This document shows, in pieces, positions 1 through 14,201 of a stretch of DNA of 64,000 nucleotides (position 1 is the stretch's first letter; every line of letters starts with the position of its first letter). The stretch lies in contig OX597819.1 in the NCBI GenBank assembly GCA_951406725.2, forward strand, positions 53,010,001 to 53,074,000, given 5' to 3'. Under the pieces are notes generated by a model that was not told the DNA's origin, made no database searches, and was given only the letters and a program-made list of their open reading frames with translations. The stretch comes from Octopus vulgaris. Lineage: Eukaryota. A program made the translations under genes and the position numbers.

Positions 1-1280
1 TACTTGAGTCCCTCCTTCTTGCAGCTTGCCTAGATGTCAAAGTTACTGAGCAGCTGAGCGGATAGAAGTGAGTAAAGCATTTGGTCAAACAAATATTCAA
101 CTCCTCCCACTAAATCACTCTTCTAATGATTAGCATTGAGCTGTGTGCACATGTGTGTGTACATGCACTACACATCCATACGTACATACACACACACATT
201 CATCATCACTTCCAAAAATACTAATAACATACCACATGAATATGCTTTAGGTTATAGAGAAAAGAAAGGTCATAACATCCACAAAGGAGCAGGAGTAAAT
301 GTGTGTATGCACATATGTGCATGCATGTGCACAAACGCACACATACACACGGAGAAGTAACAGAGAACAATTTATTACAGTGAAGTGAAAGTGACATAAC
401 TGAACCTGGAGGCACACAGGAGTTGATAACCAATGATAAGTGTTTAAATAGCTGGACAGACTGAAGAATATTCAATAAAGACTGACCTTTGACCAAGACT
501 GTAAGTAACTTTGTGTTACGATGTAAAAACTACATGCTAAACTATTAACAGTGTCTGAGTTCATAAGCAATTGCTCTCGTTGAATCTTTCAAATCCCATT
601 CTTAATAATACAACTGTAGATACATCATCTTCGTTCTTGAGCAAACATGCAAATCAAGTTAAACATCACCCAATCAGTGCAGATCAACCAGCTTTAGCTG
701 CTTTCAGGATCCAACTTGCAAGGCAACCAGATAATGACATCCCTACTACACATAATGGTTTGACAATGTTGCTGAATGTATCATGAATTATACAAAGGCT
801 TCATGTCATCATTGCATTTAATAACATTACCTGATGTGTTAGTGCACCGATGTAATAATGTATGAATAGTTACAGCAGTGATGTAATCAAACGTAATGAA
901 ATTGCTATCTAGTGGCTGGCATTAGGTTTCTCCAGCACAGTCCAACAATAGACATTTAACGTCTAGCTTAAACTGAATAAAAATAATGAACAACAGACAT
1001 ATGGAGCAAGAAATTAAATAACTATTATACAACAGTATTCAATAAGAAACAGACAACATGCTGTCTGAAGAAAGAAAGAGAAGGAAATACTGATAACAGC
1101 AGCAAATTCACCCTTTATATAGTTTCCAGCATTCCTCATCAATAACAAAGTGACTTCTAGATAGAAACCCAATTATTGCATTTTTAGTGCTGGTTATAAA
1201 GTTATAAATTAAACGTTATTAACTACAATTAAAATTTAATATACTAAATAGCTATGTGTAAATGTATGTAATTGAGTGTG

Positions 1281-1319
<39 letters not shown>

Positions 1320-2254
1320 CATTTGCACAAATAAGTTGGGTAGTTTTGGTTAATGAGAAGTAAAAACAAAACTTCCGCTCTTGATAATTAGATGTAGGTT
1401 CATGTCCTATGAGCAGCCTTTGTCTTTTTCTATCCCAAAAGGTTTTGCAACTAAATAATTATGTGCTTAATAGCTTTATGCTTTACGATATTCCAAAAAA
1501 GAATAAGCTCAGACACTCACACACACATATATACATATATATCGTCGTGTATATTCAGAGGAGATTAGTCATTTACTCTGTTGCAATGCAGAAATAGCAA
1601 TGAAGTGGAACTTCAGCTACTTCCAAACAAACTCTATTACATGTATTGAATACTCTTTTTCTATTTTGTACAGCAAAAAAAAAAAAAAAAAAAGTGGAAT
1701 GAGAGGGGCACAGATATGCCATTTGAAAGACCAGAGGGAGTTGTACCTTATTTGGAAACAAGTGGGAGTTAATGACAAGAAGGTCAACCAGCTAGGAAAA
1801 AAAAACTACCTCAATAAGTCTCACCTCATCCAAGCCAGCAAGGAAAGAAACCAAAGATGAAAATGATGCAATACATACATAAATGTGAGTGTATGTATAT
1901 CTATGTAAGTATATATACATGTGTATACACACACACACACAACAGAGGATATTAAACGAACACACAGGAAAATGTATATAATAAAAAATTTTTAAAAGCC
2001 AGTAGCAAAAGCTATGTTAGCAATAATGATCGACATTAAGACTATATCAGTTAATATGGTATATTAATTGAGTAGTAATAAGAAATTAATAGTGTCAAAA
2101 CGTTATCATGTAAAAAAAATGTAGCTGAAAATTAGAAATATTTGTAGGAAGAGAAAGAGAGAAATAGTGAAGTACAAAAAAAATATTGAGAATTTATTAG
2201 TGTTGAATTACAATCAATGATAGATATGAGAAATAAGAGAGTAATAGAATCATC

Positions 2255-2437
2255 ATCATCATCACCATCATTTAATGTTCCTTTTTCCATGCTTGCATGG
2301 GTCAGACAGAATTTGTTGAAGCAGATTTTCTACAGTCAGATGCCTTTCCTGTCATCAACCCTCACCTGTTTCCAAGCACAGTAATATTTCCTCACAGCTT
2401 GACATGGATTTCTTCAAAGACTAGAAACCTTGTTTGT

Positions 2438-2476
<39 letters not shown>

Positions 2477-2680
2477 CACATGTACAGCCATAATGTGATG
2501 TCTAGACAAGGACACACACACACACAAGACTTCTGTGAGTTTCCGTCTATCAAATCCACTTAGAAGGTTTTGGTCGGCCCAGGCCTACAATAGAAGACAC
2601 CTAAAAAGCCATGCAATGGGACTGAACCCAAGACCACATGGTCGAAAGGTAAACTTCTTAAGCTCATAGCCACACCTGTG
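2255..2680 (-). mobile_element. Family A SINE, variant with (GAT)n tail
   Basis: Head similar to 62270-62678 (GGACTGAACCCAAGACCACATG). 3' part ending ...TTAAATGATGATG on minus. Confidence 0.8.
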
Positions 2681-3900
2681 TCTCTCACAACAGTAGATAA
2701 ATGCCAGTGTATTACAGAAAGAAGAGGACAGCAGACCAAGGCTGAGTGGTCACCCAGATGAACTCTTTATTTAATAAGAGTGAGAAGTTATTATTGAATA
2801 TTTTTGCAACATTCCAACTCTACTGTTATCAAATTCTTAGCTCTGAAGCTGGAGATGGAATTTAGTTACCAGGCAATGAGTCTCGTTCTGACCAATTAAA
2901 AAATTCAGATGGTCCAGATGATTATCAAGCAAAACAAGGGATTCTATAGAATTTGCAGTGGAAGTTCTAAGATCAAAGTTGAGAGAAAGTATTGAAATTT
3001 GTGTGACAGAACCCACCCCTCTCAAAGATAAAAGGAGACAAATATATATGTGTGATACAGTGTACAAGCCCCAAGCCTACCAAGATCAATGATACCTTAC
3101 TGGAAATAATTAGCACATTTTCTTAAGCATCACAATGCTGCCAAGGTATTAACACATTTATGTTTTTTTAGTTTTTTCTACTCCATTAGAGAAAGTTATC
3201 CATCAAAACCATACTTTGCAAAACCCAATATGGAAGGTATTAAACTGATATTCACTTCAAAGAGAAAAATCAAGATTTGTGCACAGCAGACAAGAAAGAG
3301 GAATGTAGTTTTAGTAAATAAAGCTCACATGAATTCTCAAAGTAAATGACACGAATAGCTCTTGCAATACTGAGAAACCATGTTTGGTATTGCCTAAGGC
3401 CCTGAGGCATCACATGCAAGCAAACAGTAAATTGCAACACATTTCCTGGTTTCACATAGCCCAAAGTATTTCAAGTTCAATCTGAGAGAGTTGTTGCTTA
3501 CCCTTAGGTCAAACCCTTTCTACAATCCAAGACATTCCAATTTCTTTAAGATGGGAGGGCATGATCCGAGGGGAATTTAGCAGCTATTTCTAGCAAGTCA
3601 AATGTTTGGGTAGCAGTTCCTCCACTGACTTGAAACTGACAGAGTCAATATATAAAGAATATTTTCTTAAAATGTGGATTGTCTATTCGTTTCAGGTTGA
3701 TTTTATCTATGCCTGGACAAGTTGAAAAGATATGTTATTTGAGGTATTGTTTTACCGCTGGCTGCTCTGCCTGGTACTAACCACTACTTGTTTTCCACAG
3801 CTTCAGAGACACAAAGTGACCAAGAAAAACTGACAGCAACACTATCTGCTGCACTTTCATGCAAGTGGACACAAATATGAACACAAGGCACATGCATGTG

Positions 3901-3936
<36 letters not shown>

Positions 3937-5214
3937 AGGAGGTCTTCTTTCAGTTTTTATATCTAACAAATCTACTCAAAAGGAATAAAAGTACACACTC
4001 AAGATGTCATACAGTGGGATTGAACCTGAAACCATGTGGCTGGGAGGCAAACTTCTCAACTACACAGCCTTTAATAATAAAGTATGACAAAGGAGTTGGA
4101 AGAGTTTGTTTTACCTTGTGGAGGAAAATGTCAAAAAAAAAAGTTAAATATTCGAAACCTTATTGGAGGAAACTTATTTTGGCTACTACGTATCCAAACT
4201 TCAGATGTTAAATGCCTCTTAACTAGTAAATGATTCCATTCCTCAGGGGAGAAAGAGGAAGGAATTAGCAAAATTGCTGAAAGGTAGGGGAGGAGGAGAT
4301 GGATTTGACAGATTTAACTGCCTCAAGTAGGTTCAGGATGTCTAATAGTTTCGCACTTAAGTAGTGGAAAACATGCTATATATGTTCTTAAAAATGCATT
4401 CTCATTAGTATAAATAATGGTTTTATTTGGAAAGACGCCCCCGCTAATTGATTCATAAGGAGCAGTGAAGGGGAAAAAGAATGCAACTGGATCAAAACAC
4501 TGGTGTGGTGGTGGTGGTGGAGGAATTAATCAAGATGACAATTAAAAAAAGAGTTTCCTCTTAAGAGTTAAAACTAAAATTAATAAAAGTAAAAAAATAA
4601 ATGCATATCAAATTCAGCGACAAGTATCCATCCATACTTAAAATCAATAAATGTTTAACATGCAAAAAGGAAGGAAAATTCTTTTTTTTTTTTAATAGAA
4701 GAAGAAAAAAATTACAAGAGAGTAGGAAGAATAATAAACAGAATGAAATAACACTTGAAGCCAATAAGAAAAGAGAACTTATAACTGTAGAAATAAATGA
4801 AATGATGTATGATTATTTCTTTTTATATATTGTTTTGGCAAATTGCTGTGGCTTCATGTGCATCACTTCTCTGACCATCTTTACTATCTCTTTTCTTTTC
4901 AATGTATCTTCTTTTGTCTTCTCACACAAACACTTTAAATTGACCTTCCATCATTGATAGTTAACAGAAAGAGAGTCCTCCTGTAACCGCCAGTGACAAT
5001 GATTTTTCTTTTTTGTTCTTCAATAGAAAGACTTGTTTTTAGTTTCTACTCTTTAACTACCTATTTCTTGCTTGTTTTCAATTTACGCTGATCACATCTA
5101 TCTGCATTTCTTTTTTTTTTTTTCTTCCATGAACTTTTTTTTATATTTTTACCCTATCCGTTATCAACTAGAAATCTTTAAAAATTCAAATAAATTGCAA
5201 GAGTAGTCAGAGAA

Positions 5215-5620
5215 ATCATCATCATCATTAATGTTTTAACGTCCACTTTTCAATGTTTGCCTGGGTCAGACTGAGTCTATTGAGGCAGATTTTCCATGGT
5301 CAGATGACCTTCCTAATGCCAACCTCTCCCTGTTTCCCTCAAAAGGTAATATTTTCCCTTGACCAGACATGGTTTTGAAGAATGCTGCAATGACATTCAC
5401 AACAATCACATAATATCAAGACAAGGAGGGAGGGGCAAACACATGTGCATACATACATACGACAGGCTTCTTTCAATTAATGAAATCTACTCACAATGCT
5501 TTGATTGACCTAGAGCCATCAAAGAACACACATGCCCAAAGTGCCATGGAGCCGGACTGAACCTGAAGCCATGTGGTTGGGAAGCAAGTTTTTTAAGTAC
5601 TCAACCATATCTGTGCCTAG
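5215..5620 (-). mobile_element. Family A SINE, (GAT)n-tail variant, diverged
   Basis: Colinear similarity with 2255-2680. Confidence 0.75.
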
Positions 5621-6569
5621 TAAAAGACACATACCCAAGGTGCTATGCAGGGTGACTACCCTTTACCTTCACTCAATGGTTTTTTTTTCCACACCAGTAG
5701 AACAATGGTACCTATTTTCAGTGTATTTTAAATACGCTAAGACAAGTAGGGCAAATTAAACTTATGTCAGAAGGTAAAGCAGAATTTAAACATCTGATTG
5801 CATTACTTTATAATTTATTTTATTCAGCATTTTAACTACACCACAAACATCTTAAGGTCATTGACATGGAAGATTTAAAATTATGTTTCCCATCTTGAAA
5901 GTAGTATAAGACAAGAGTGGATCAAGATTGCAGTGATCTCTCAAATACCAAGCTATTTGGCAATCTTGACATGGAAAAAACTAATACATCTTGTTTTCTT
6001 TAATATTCCATTAATTCACAAATAGTCTCCACTCTTAGGAAAGAATTCTCTTTAATAGAGTCGATCTGATGACAATAACTTTATAATACACATCTAGAAG
6101 AAAAACTTGCTACTGAGTTATTTCCCATGCTTTATCTCATTTCCCCTACTCCCAGTCACACCCCATCATGTACCACAACACATTACTATTCCTCCCACAA
6201 CTGCACTGCATTTAGATTACTATCCATCACAGATATTAAATGGCTTGACTTTCTTTTAACAAGTAAAGCAGGGAAATAAAGGGGGAAAACAACAATGAAT
6301 GGGGAAAGAAAGGGTCAAGGCAAGAACAAATTAAATTCAGTTGAAACAAAGAGTGGAATAAGAAGAGGTGAAAAGGAAAGAAAAGAAATAAAGGCATTAA
6401 AAAGAAAAGGAAGGGGAAAGATTAAAAAGAATTAATGAGTGGAAGATATTTTGAGAAACAAACAAAGCACTTAAACTGAAGATGAAATAAAACAATAAGG
6501 ACGAATTATTAATGGCTAAATGAATAATTCCAAAGAAAAATAATTCCAAGAAAGCGACAACAATAATAA

Positions 6570-6790
6570 TTCTTTCTAATTTTAGCTCAAGGCCAATAAT
6601 TTTGAGGAGAGGAGCAAGTTGATTACATCAACCCCAGCACATGACTGGTACTTTATTTCATCAATCCCAAAAGGATGAATGGCAAAGTTGACCTCAGCAG
6701 GATTTGAACTCTTAAAGGTAAAGAGACACAAGAAATGCTTCAAGGCATTTTAACTTATGATCTAAAAATTCGGCCGGCTTGCCTTCTTAA
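6570..6790 (-). mobile_element. SINE family B, (TTA)n-tailed
   Basis: Diagnostic AAGGATGAA(A/T)GGCAAAGT(C/T)GACCTCAGCAG(A/G)ATTTGAACTC core shared with about 20 copies in the window. Confidence 0.8.
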
Positions 6791-7430
6791 AGAAGAGTAA
6801 AGATTTCAAATCTTGGTACAAGGACAGCAATTTTAGGAGGAGAGGAGGGAGTCTATTACAACAACATCCATGCTCAACTGGAGCTTATTTCATAGAATAC
6901 TTCTTTATTTTTATATCATGTGCATTTGTTGTTTCTCAAAGTGCTTGTCTTTATGTTAAGCAAATTTATGTTTTGGAATGTCAAAGTGTTATTGTCTGTG
7001 TTTGTAAATGCATCTGTTTGTTTCGTCATCATTTTCCGCTTTTTTTTTTTCCCCCTTTCTTTTTAAATTTGTTTGTATGTATTCAAAAATTATCTCATCA
7101 TTTTTGTTGGCACCTCTTCCTGTTTTTCCAATAGAAGAAGCCATAATGACTACAAGATAAATAATTTACTGGTTTTTTATTTGTCACTGTTTTGTTTTTT
7201 TACACACACACACCCCCCCGAAAAGAAAGAAAAAGCAAATGTCAAAATATGGCCCTTTTGTCCACCCCAAGAATTGGGATAGATATCTACATGCCCTGAA
7301 GTACCTGTTTTGCAAAATAATTCAAAAACAGAAAATTTTTTATCCTGTAAACTAGGTAATAATCCAATTTTCTTGGAGCAACCTGACAATACATCCATTC
7401 ACAGCAAAATACAACAACAACAACAACAAC

Positions 7431-7481
<51 letters not shown>

Positions 7482-8299
7482 TGATAAAAAAAAATAATTA
7501 CTAAGGTATATTTATATATTTAGTGTCACGCAAAGCATCCTAACTAATTTTGAATATCTTTCTATATAACATGTAGCCACAGAATTTATGCTACCATTAG
7601 ATATTATGTATGTTTTTAATTTTGCTAAAAATAATTTGACTAGCATGAAGATTTAGAGAATAAACATGTCCCAAATGGTTTTCAACATATGTTTATACAC
7701 AAAAGTTTGTATATGAATATTAGATAGACATAACTCAACATCCCAAGTAATTTTGATCACTTCTGTATATACAAAATGTTGCACACATATATATATATAT
7801 ATATAATATGCAGTAGATATAACACATAACTACAGTTATGTATATTTAGTCAATTTCTGAAAATAATACATCGGCTCTATTGGGAATGTTGCCACATGTC
7901 TTGAAGTTAAAGGTTGGTATGATTATTATGATATTGCGCAATCTTGACCAGTGTAAGTATGTTTATATGTGATTTGTTTATGTTTCAGTATTGTCATGAG
8001 AAACAGGAGTTTATATAAATGCAAGTTGAGCATGAGTGTGAGTGTGTGTGTGTGTGTGTGTACAAGTGCAATGTAAGCTGTGTGTATATCTGTAGCTATG
8101 AACGTACATATGTTGCGTTTGTTGGCATACATAGACAGTATGCACCAACTAGTTTATGTATTTATGTACAGCTAGCAACATTGAATGTGTAAATTTGTTT
8201 ATATGTGTATATAGACTGCTCACCTTTTTTTGTATATTTCGGGATGCATGTATAGTGAGTAACTTAGAATATTTTATGTATTTATATTTCATAGTTGCA

Positions 8300-8445
8300 G
8301 ACATAAGTGTGTGGTAAGAAATTTGCTTCCTAACCACAAGGTTCCAGGTACAATCCCATTGCATGGCAACTTGGGCAAATGAATTCTACTAAACCCATCA
8401 GGCCAACCAAAGCCTTGTGAGTGGATTTGGTAGATGAAGAGTGAA
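8300..8445 (+). mobile_element. Family A SINE 5' half
   Basis: GTGTGGTAAGAAATTTGCTTCCTAACCAC...CTTGGGCAAAT...CAAAGCCTTGTGAGTGGATTTGGTAGA. Confidence 0.8.
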
Positions 8446-8717
8446 AGACTATCTTAATAATAATAATATATTCTTGCTTTGGCATAAGATCAGCAATTTA
8501 AGGGGAGGGAATAAGTCAATTTATAATGGCCTTTTATAGTGTTCAACTAGAACTTATTTTAATGACTCCAAACAAATCAAGGGTTAAGTAAACCTCAGCA
8601 GAGTTGGGACTCAGTAAATAAAGAGTCTGAAGAAATACTGCTAAGCATTTTGTCGAACATATTAACAATTTCACCTGTTTACCACCACCACAACCACCAT
8701 AATAATAATAATAATGA

Positions 8718-9045
8718 TACTTGCAAAATTCCAGAAGGTCCAACAAAACCCGAGTTAAAATAATAGTAATTGGTGCATTGGGAATGATAAAGAAGGGAGC
8801 TGGAAATATATTAAGCAACTCCCTGGTAACTTTAATCTTCATGAGCTACAAAAGATAACCTTGATGGGTATAGCCCATATACTGCGGAAAGCACTCTCCA
8901 TCTAAACTGGAACAAATGTGGAGATAATTTTAGCATGCATGGCAAAACAAAAGTGCCCTTGCTACTCCTGGCCTCTGGAGGTTGGCTGGTACTAAGGCAG
9001 CTGAAATAAAGTTATAATGAGAGGAAACCATAAAGAAAAAACATA
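8718..9045 (+). mobile_element. 3' remnant of an RLE-type (R4/Dong-like) non-LTR retrotransposon
   Basis: Conceptual translation VKIIVIGALGMIKKG / KYIKQLPGNFNLHELQKITLMGIAHILRKALSI* (stop 8903-8905, one frameshift), typical of the RLE C-terminus. Flanked by (TAA)n. Confidence 0.8.
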
Positions 9046-9073
9046 ATAATAGTAATAATAATAATAATAATAA

Positions 9074-9830
9074 TACTGACACTGAGAGTACTATCCTGGC
9101 AGCACAAGATCAAGCTTTGACCACAAATTGGAGGGTCAACCATAAGAAAGTGCAAGTATCTCCACTGTGTCAAATCTGTAATGGAATTGATGAAACCATT
9201 GCTCATATCATGAACAAATACCCTCAATTTGCCCAAAACAAATATATGTTGTGGTGACCCAATGAGGTAGCAAAAGTATTACATTGAAAAATGTGTGAAA
9301 AGTGCAGGCCACAGAGAGGCAAGACAATGGTATGAGTTCAAACTACAACAATCTGAGGAATTCCCCAATCCAAACAGACCAGATGCTTAAGCACAACAAG
9401 CCAGATCTAGTATTGGCAAACAAGGTGGACCACATGTGCTTTATAATTGATATTGCATGCCCCTTGCTCAATAATTGATGTTGTGTGCCCCTTTGACATA
9501 AGGACAGTCAAGAAGGCAGGCAAAAGAATAAACATTATACAATCTTCTTAAATACAGGATAGCTCAACTGCGGAAAATGAAGAGAGTGAAGACAGTGCCA
9601 ATTATTGTCCTTAGGGACAGTATCAGAAGGCATCAAGAGGAATATGAAGGAAATGGGAATAGGGGAATATAAAGGAAATGAATAGAATTATTACAAAGGG
9701 TTTGCCTTCTTGGTACAACCGGAATTATCAGGAAAGTATTAGATAGTCGAAGAAAACAGATAACATGGTACCGTAGCAAGCCCACTAAGCTTGCAAGACT
9801 CCAGAAGTTACAACAGAATGGGCGTTAAAA
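9074..9830 (+). mobile_element. Second, longer R4/Dong-like remnant (zinc knuckle plus PD-D endonuclease)
   Basis: TESTILAAQDQALTTNW...LCQICNGIDETIAHI (degenerate CCHC), IQTDQMLKHNKPDLV...CFIIDIACP, IELLQRVCLLGTTGIIRKVL. Contains stops and frameshifts. (TAA)n on both sides. Confidence 0.85.
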
Positions 9831-10055
9831 TATAATAGTAATAATAATGTTTCAAATATAGGCATGTGACCTGAAACTTGATACAGTAGGGGGTTGTATG
9901 ATTATATCAACCCAAGTACTTGACAGATACTGATGTTATTGACCCCAGAAGAATGAAAGGTAAAGTAGATCCCCCATACCCCACCCAAAGAAATACTGCA
10001 ACACTGATTCTGCCAATCCACCATCTGCTCTTCTACTACTACTACTACTACTAAT

Positions 10056-10098
<43 letters not shown>

Positions 10099-12935
10099 GG
10101 CTCTAAAGAAAAGTTAGCCTAACCTGATAGGTGGTTAAGTCGTTAATGTAAAGAAAAGGAGGGAATGATAGGATAGAGTTGTATTCTGGTTCTATGTACA
10201 TCTTTAATTTGACAGAAATCCTGAAGCTTACTTTTACATTCCATTAAAATCATATCCAAATAAAATCTGCTTGCCTATCGTTAATTCTGTCTAAGTTTCT
10301 TCAACTCTCTTCTCTCTTGTTGTTTTTTTTCTTCTCCATTTATTTAATCTGTTTTTGTTTTTATTTAGTTTTCATCATCTATTTATTTATTTATTCATTT
10401 ATTTTTTAACAAAGAAATTCTTTTTTTAAATATTCTTCTCTTCTATTTAGCCTCTTTCTCCACCCACTGATTCAAAAATCACTTCCACCACCATCACCAC
10501 CCCAACAACAACAACAATAACACATCCCTCACCATCTCAACTTCCAACTGCCACCATCACTGACATTTCACTAAATTTTCCTGCCACCTCATCTCCTATC
10601 TCCTTCACCACCCCAACCTCATCTGTCTTCCCAATCCATTGGCTTGCGTCCAGATATTACATCTAACTTAAAGATGAATACATTTTTTTTTAGTTTTTTT
10701 TTAAAAGTTTTTTTAGAAAAGATTTCCCTTTTACATTTATTTTCTTTCTGATTAAAAAAAATCCACATTATTATTATTATTATTACTACTACTACTACTA
10801 CTACTATTATTATTATTATTATTACTTTACGATTTCTTTTTCTGAAGATTGACAAAAACAGTTCACAGAGCAAGCAAGTGCAAGAAAAATGCAGATGAAA
10901 ATTTTTCCTCTCTCACCCCACTCCACCTCATTCCCCTTCACCTCTCCCCTGCACGTACAGTAAAGAAAATCTTTGGAAATATTAATAAAGAAATTACACG
11001 AGTGAAACAAATCTAGTGAAAGATGAATAGAAAAATATGGAGGTTGATGCTTTAAGAAATTTTTTTTAATTTCATTCTCATTTGTTTATTTTTTTTCATA
11101 TTAAATATTCTAAATAAGAAAAAAAATTTAAAAAAAAAAAAAAGGCAAGACAGAATTTGCATTCTTTTTGTCTTTTCAGAAAGAGAATATTAAAAAAAAA
11201 AGGAAAAAAAAGATACGTAAACAAAATTGTATTTCGACTTAAGAAAAAAATATTCTGATAATAAATTTTACAAAACCTTTTCCAAAAGTTGTAGTTTTAT
11301 TTGTAGTTAAAATTCTATTATTTTTTAATATTATTATTATCATTATTATTATTATTGTTGTTTTTGTTGTTGTCGGTGTCGTTGGTGATGGTGGTAGTGT
11401 TGTCTTTTCTTTTCATTTAAACAAATAAACTTTTAAAAAATACTTGCCTTATGAAAAAAAAGTTATGAATTCTACAAATCCACTCTAAACTCTCTAGCTT
11501 TAAAGATGCTAATAAATTAAATCTTTTATAATTGCTATTTTTTTTTCAGTTCACTAATATAAAAATATATATACACACATACAACAATACTCTTCAAAAT
11601 CTAACTTTAAACTTATGTTTAACCAAAATATTCATAAATCCATTTCATCTGGTTTTTTTTTCTTTTTTTCTGCTAAGATATTTATCAGAGTAAAAAAAGA
11701 TGGAATGTCAGAGCAGCCTTGATAATAAGTCATCTGGCACTGAAATATAAGAAGTTAGCAGAGGATGACACAAGATTTTTAACCTTAAAAAGTTAAGAGA
11801 GAAAACTGCATATTTTCTATTCTATGTCAAAGTAATGTATGGCTTCAACGCTTTCTTCTCCACACACCCCATAAAAAAAAGTGAAGAGTAAGAAGACAAG
11901 GAGATGGTGAATGAGAAGATTTCAGGTTTTTGTTGCAAATACTTTAATTTATAATTAATCTTAGAATGTTGAGTTTTATGGACAAGATAGTAAAAGGATT
12001 ATACCAAGTCACAATATGTTGTAAAATTAGACGAAAAAACTATCCAACTTGTACCATCACAAAAAAACAAAACAAAAAAAAACAAGACAATGATATTGAG
12101 GAAGAAGAATGGGGATAGAAGGGATGATGATAATGATGATGGGGGGATAATGATCTCTCAGAATGAAGAGAATAATGCTGTAGTAAAATAGCCCTGAATT
12201 TAACATCTGAAAGATGAAGTTAGTACATCTCTCAACGTTATTATCAACGTGCTATTCTTTGTATATGCTCATAGACAGACCATTAATAATATATCGAGAA
12301 TTTGTGACCACAAAGTGATGTCAGTGATAACATAGATAGGACACTGAACATCTCGCTTACCTATATTAAATATTGTACTGGTCTACTTAAGCCATGAAAA
12401 AGTGATTTTCTAACTTAGGTGCAAAGATACAGATTTTAGTGCTGGGACACAATTGATTAAATCAAATTAGTACTTCACTGGTCCATAATTTTATCAATCT
12501 CAAAAGACTGAAACATAAACTCAACTCCAGCACAATTTAAACTTAGAACTTATAGAGATGTAACCAGTGGCTGTGTGGTAAGTAGCTTGGTTACCAGCCA
12601 CATGGTTCCAGGTTCAGTCCCACTGTGTGGCACTTTGGGCAAGTGTCTTCTACCATAGCCTCGGGCCAACCAAAGCCTTGTGAATGGAATTGGCAGACGG
12701 AAACTGAAAGAAGCCCGTCGTATATATGTATATGCGTGTGTGTGTGTGTGTGCGCTTGTCCCCATCAACATTGCTTGACAACCGATGCTGGTGTGTTTAC
12801 ATCCCCTAACTTAGCAGTTCGGCATAAGAAACTGATAGAATAAGTTAGTTAGTTAGTTAGTTAGTTAGTTAATTTGGCTCAAAAGCAAATAGCAAGGCCA
12901 TGTAGGGGGACATGGAGTTAAGTACAGGGTGGTGT

Positions 12936-14171
12936 TTATGTAAAGAGTTCAGGCCACTTGAGGTCCAGGGAGGCTTTGAACAAAGCGGTCGTCGGCATCT
13001 TCACCATCTCGTCTGGCAGCTTGTTCCACGGATCCGCAACCCGGATGGAAAAAGCTCCTCTCCTTCGATTGAGATGAAATCGTCGCAGGTAGAGCTTTTC
13101 GGAATGACCCCGCAGCCGACGCTCCGGAGCAGGAGTGAAGAACAGCTCTTTCGAGAGGTTACACTTCCCGCTTATGATGTTGTGGGCGAGAATGAGATCA
13201 CCACGGCGGCGGCGTTTTTCAAGAGAACAAAGGTCGAGCGTCCTCAGCCTTTCTTCGTAGGACAAATTTTTGAGACCATGAACCATGCGGGTAGCCAGCC
13301 TCTGGACTCTTTCGAGGTGCTGTATGTCTTTGAGGAGATAAGGAGAAGAGGCTTGAATCCCATACTCCAATATGGGTCTCACCAGCGTGACATAGAGTGG
13401 CAGGAATATGGCTGCTGTGAGCATTCCGAATGACCGTCGAATCAAAAACAGAATTCCGCGCGCTTTGTTGGCAGCATGGACGCACTGGGCCGAAGGCGAA
13501 AAGGAGGAATCCACCAAGATACCCAGGTCCTTTACCTGATCGGTCCTCTCCAGCAGCAGACGACCCGGCTCGAAATCAAGTTGAGTTGCAGGAGTAGAGC
13601 CGAAAGGCAGATGACAGCACTTTGACACGTTCAGACACAGGTCCCAATCGTTAGACCACTTCCAAATTTGGTGGAGGCATCGACGAAGATCCTCTATACT
13701 ACCGCGAGGAGCGACCAGTTTGATATCATCGGCAAATAGAAGGGTGTGTTGCGTGAGGTCGTCGGGCAAGTCATTTATGAAGACTAAGAACAACAAGGGC
13801 CCAAGCACTGAACCTTGAGGCACGCCACTGCTCACACTGGAGACGTCGGACCGCGAACCATTAACTTGAACTTGGAAGGAGCGATCTGAGAGGAAGGCAC
13901 CAACCCATCGTACAATATCGGGATGGAAACTATATGCTTGAAGCTTGACAAGTAGTAGGCGGTGGTTTACCGAGTCAAAAGCTTTGGCAAAGTCCAATAA
14001 AACGATGTCAACAGCATCACTATCATCGAGGATGCGCGTCACCAATTCTTCCATTACTAGTAAGTTGGTCAAGCATGATCTCTTCGGCACGAAGCCATGT
14101 TGGGAATCAGTGATCGAGGCTGTGTTTAGGAGGTGGAGCATCATACTTTTCTTAAGGATGGTTTCGAACAT
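12936..14171 (-). CDS. LINE ORF2 reverse transcriptase domain and C-terminus (downstream of internal stop)
   Basis: 411-aa ORF with non-LTR RT motifs QHGF, DFAKAFD, GVPQGSVLGP, FADD, KDLGI. In frame with the upstream segment via NY*PVSLTSIISK. Confidence 0.9.
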   Translation of the reverse strand: MFETILKKSMMLHLLNTASITDSQHGFVPKRSCLTNLLVMEELVTRILDDSDAVDIVLLDFAKAFDSVNHRLLLVKLQAYSFHPDIVRWVGAFLSDRSFQVQVNGSRSDVSSVSSGVPQGSVLGPLLFLVFINDLPDDLTQHTLLFADDIKLVAPRGSIEDLRRCLHQIWKWSNDWDLCLNVSKCCHLPFGSTPATQLDFEPGRLLLERTDQVKDLGILVDSSFSPSAQCVHAANKARGILFLIRRSFGMLTAAIFLPLYVTLVRPILEYGIQASSPYLLKDIQHLERVQRLATRMVHGLKNLSYEERLRTLDLCSLEKRRRRGDLILAHNIISGKCNLSKELFFTPAPERRLRGHSEKLYLRRFHLNRRRGAFSIRVADPWNKLPDEMVKMPTTALFKASLDLKWPELFT

Positions 14172-14201
14172 CTTGCTGATTATTGATGTAAGGGAAACCG
14201 G

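Noticed and set aside
821-850. CAG|GTAATG recursive-site-like motif with CACTAAC
   Set aside because: No polypyrimidine tract and the branch motif is too close. Similar weak AG|GT motifs at 12360, 35090 and 47566 were also rejected.
2900-3095. Open frame with a PLKDK...VYK motif reminiscent of a Penelope GIY-YIG region
   Set aside because: Too short and degenerate to call without a profile search.
12843-12871. (TTAG)n as a telomere-like repeat
   Set aside because: It is the CR1 3' tail, located directly after the 3' UTR.
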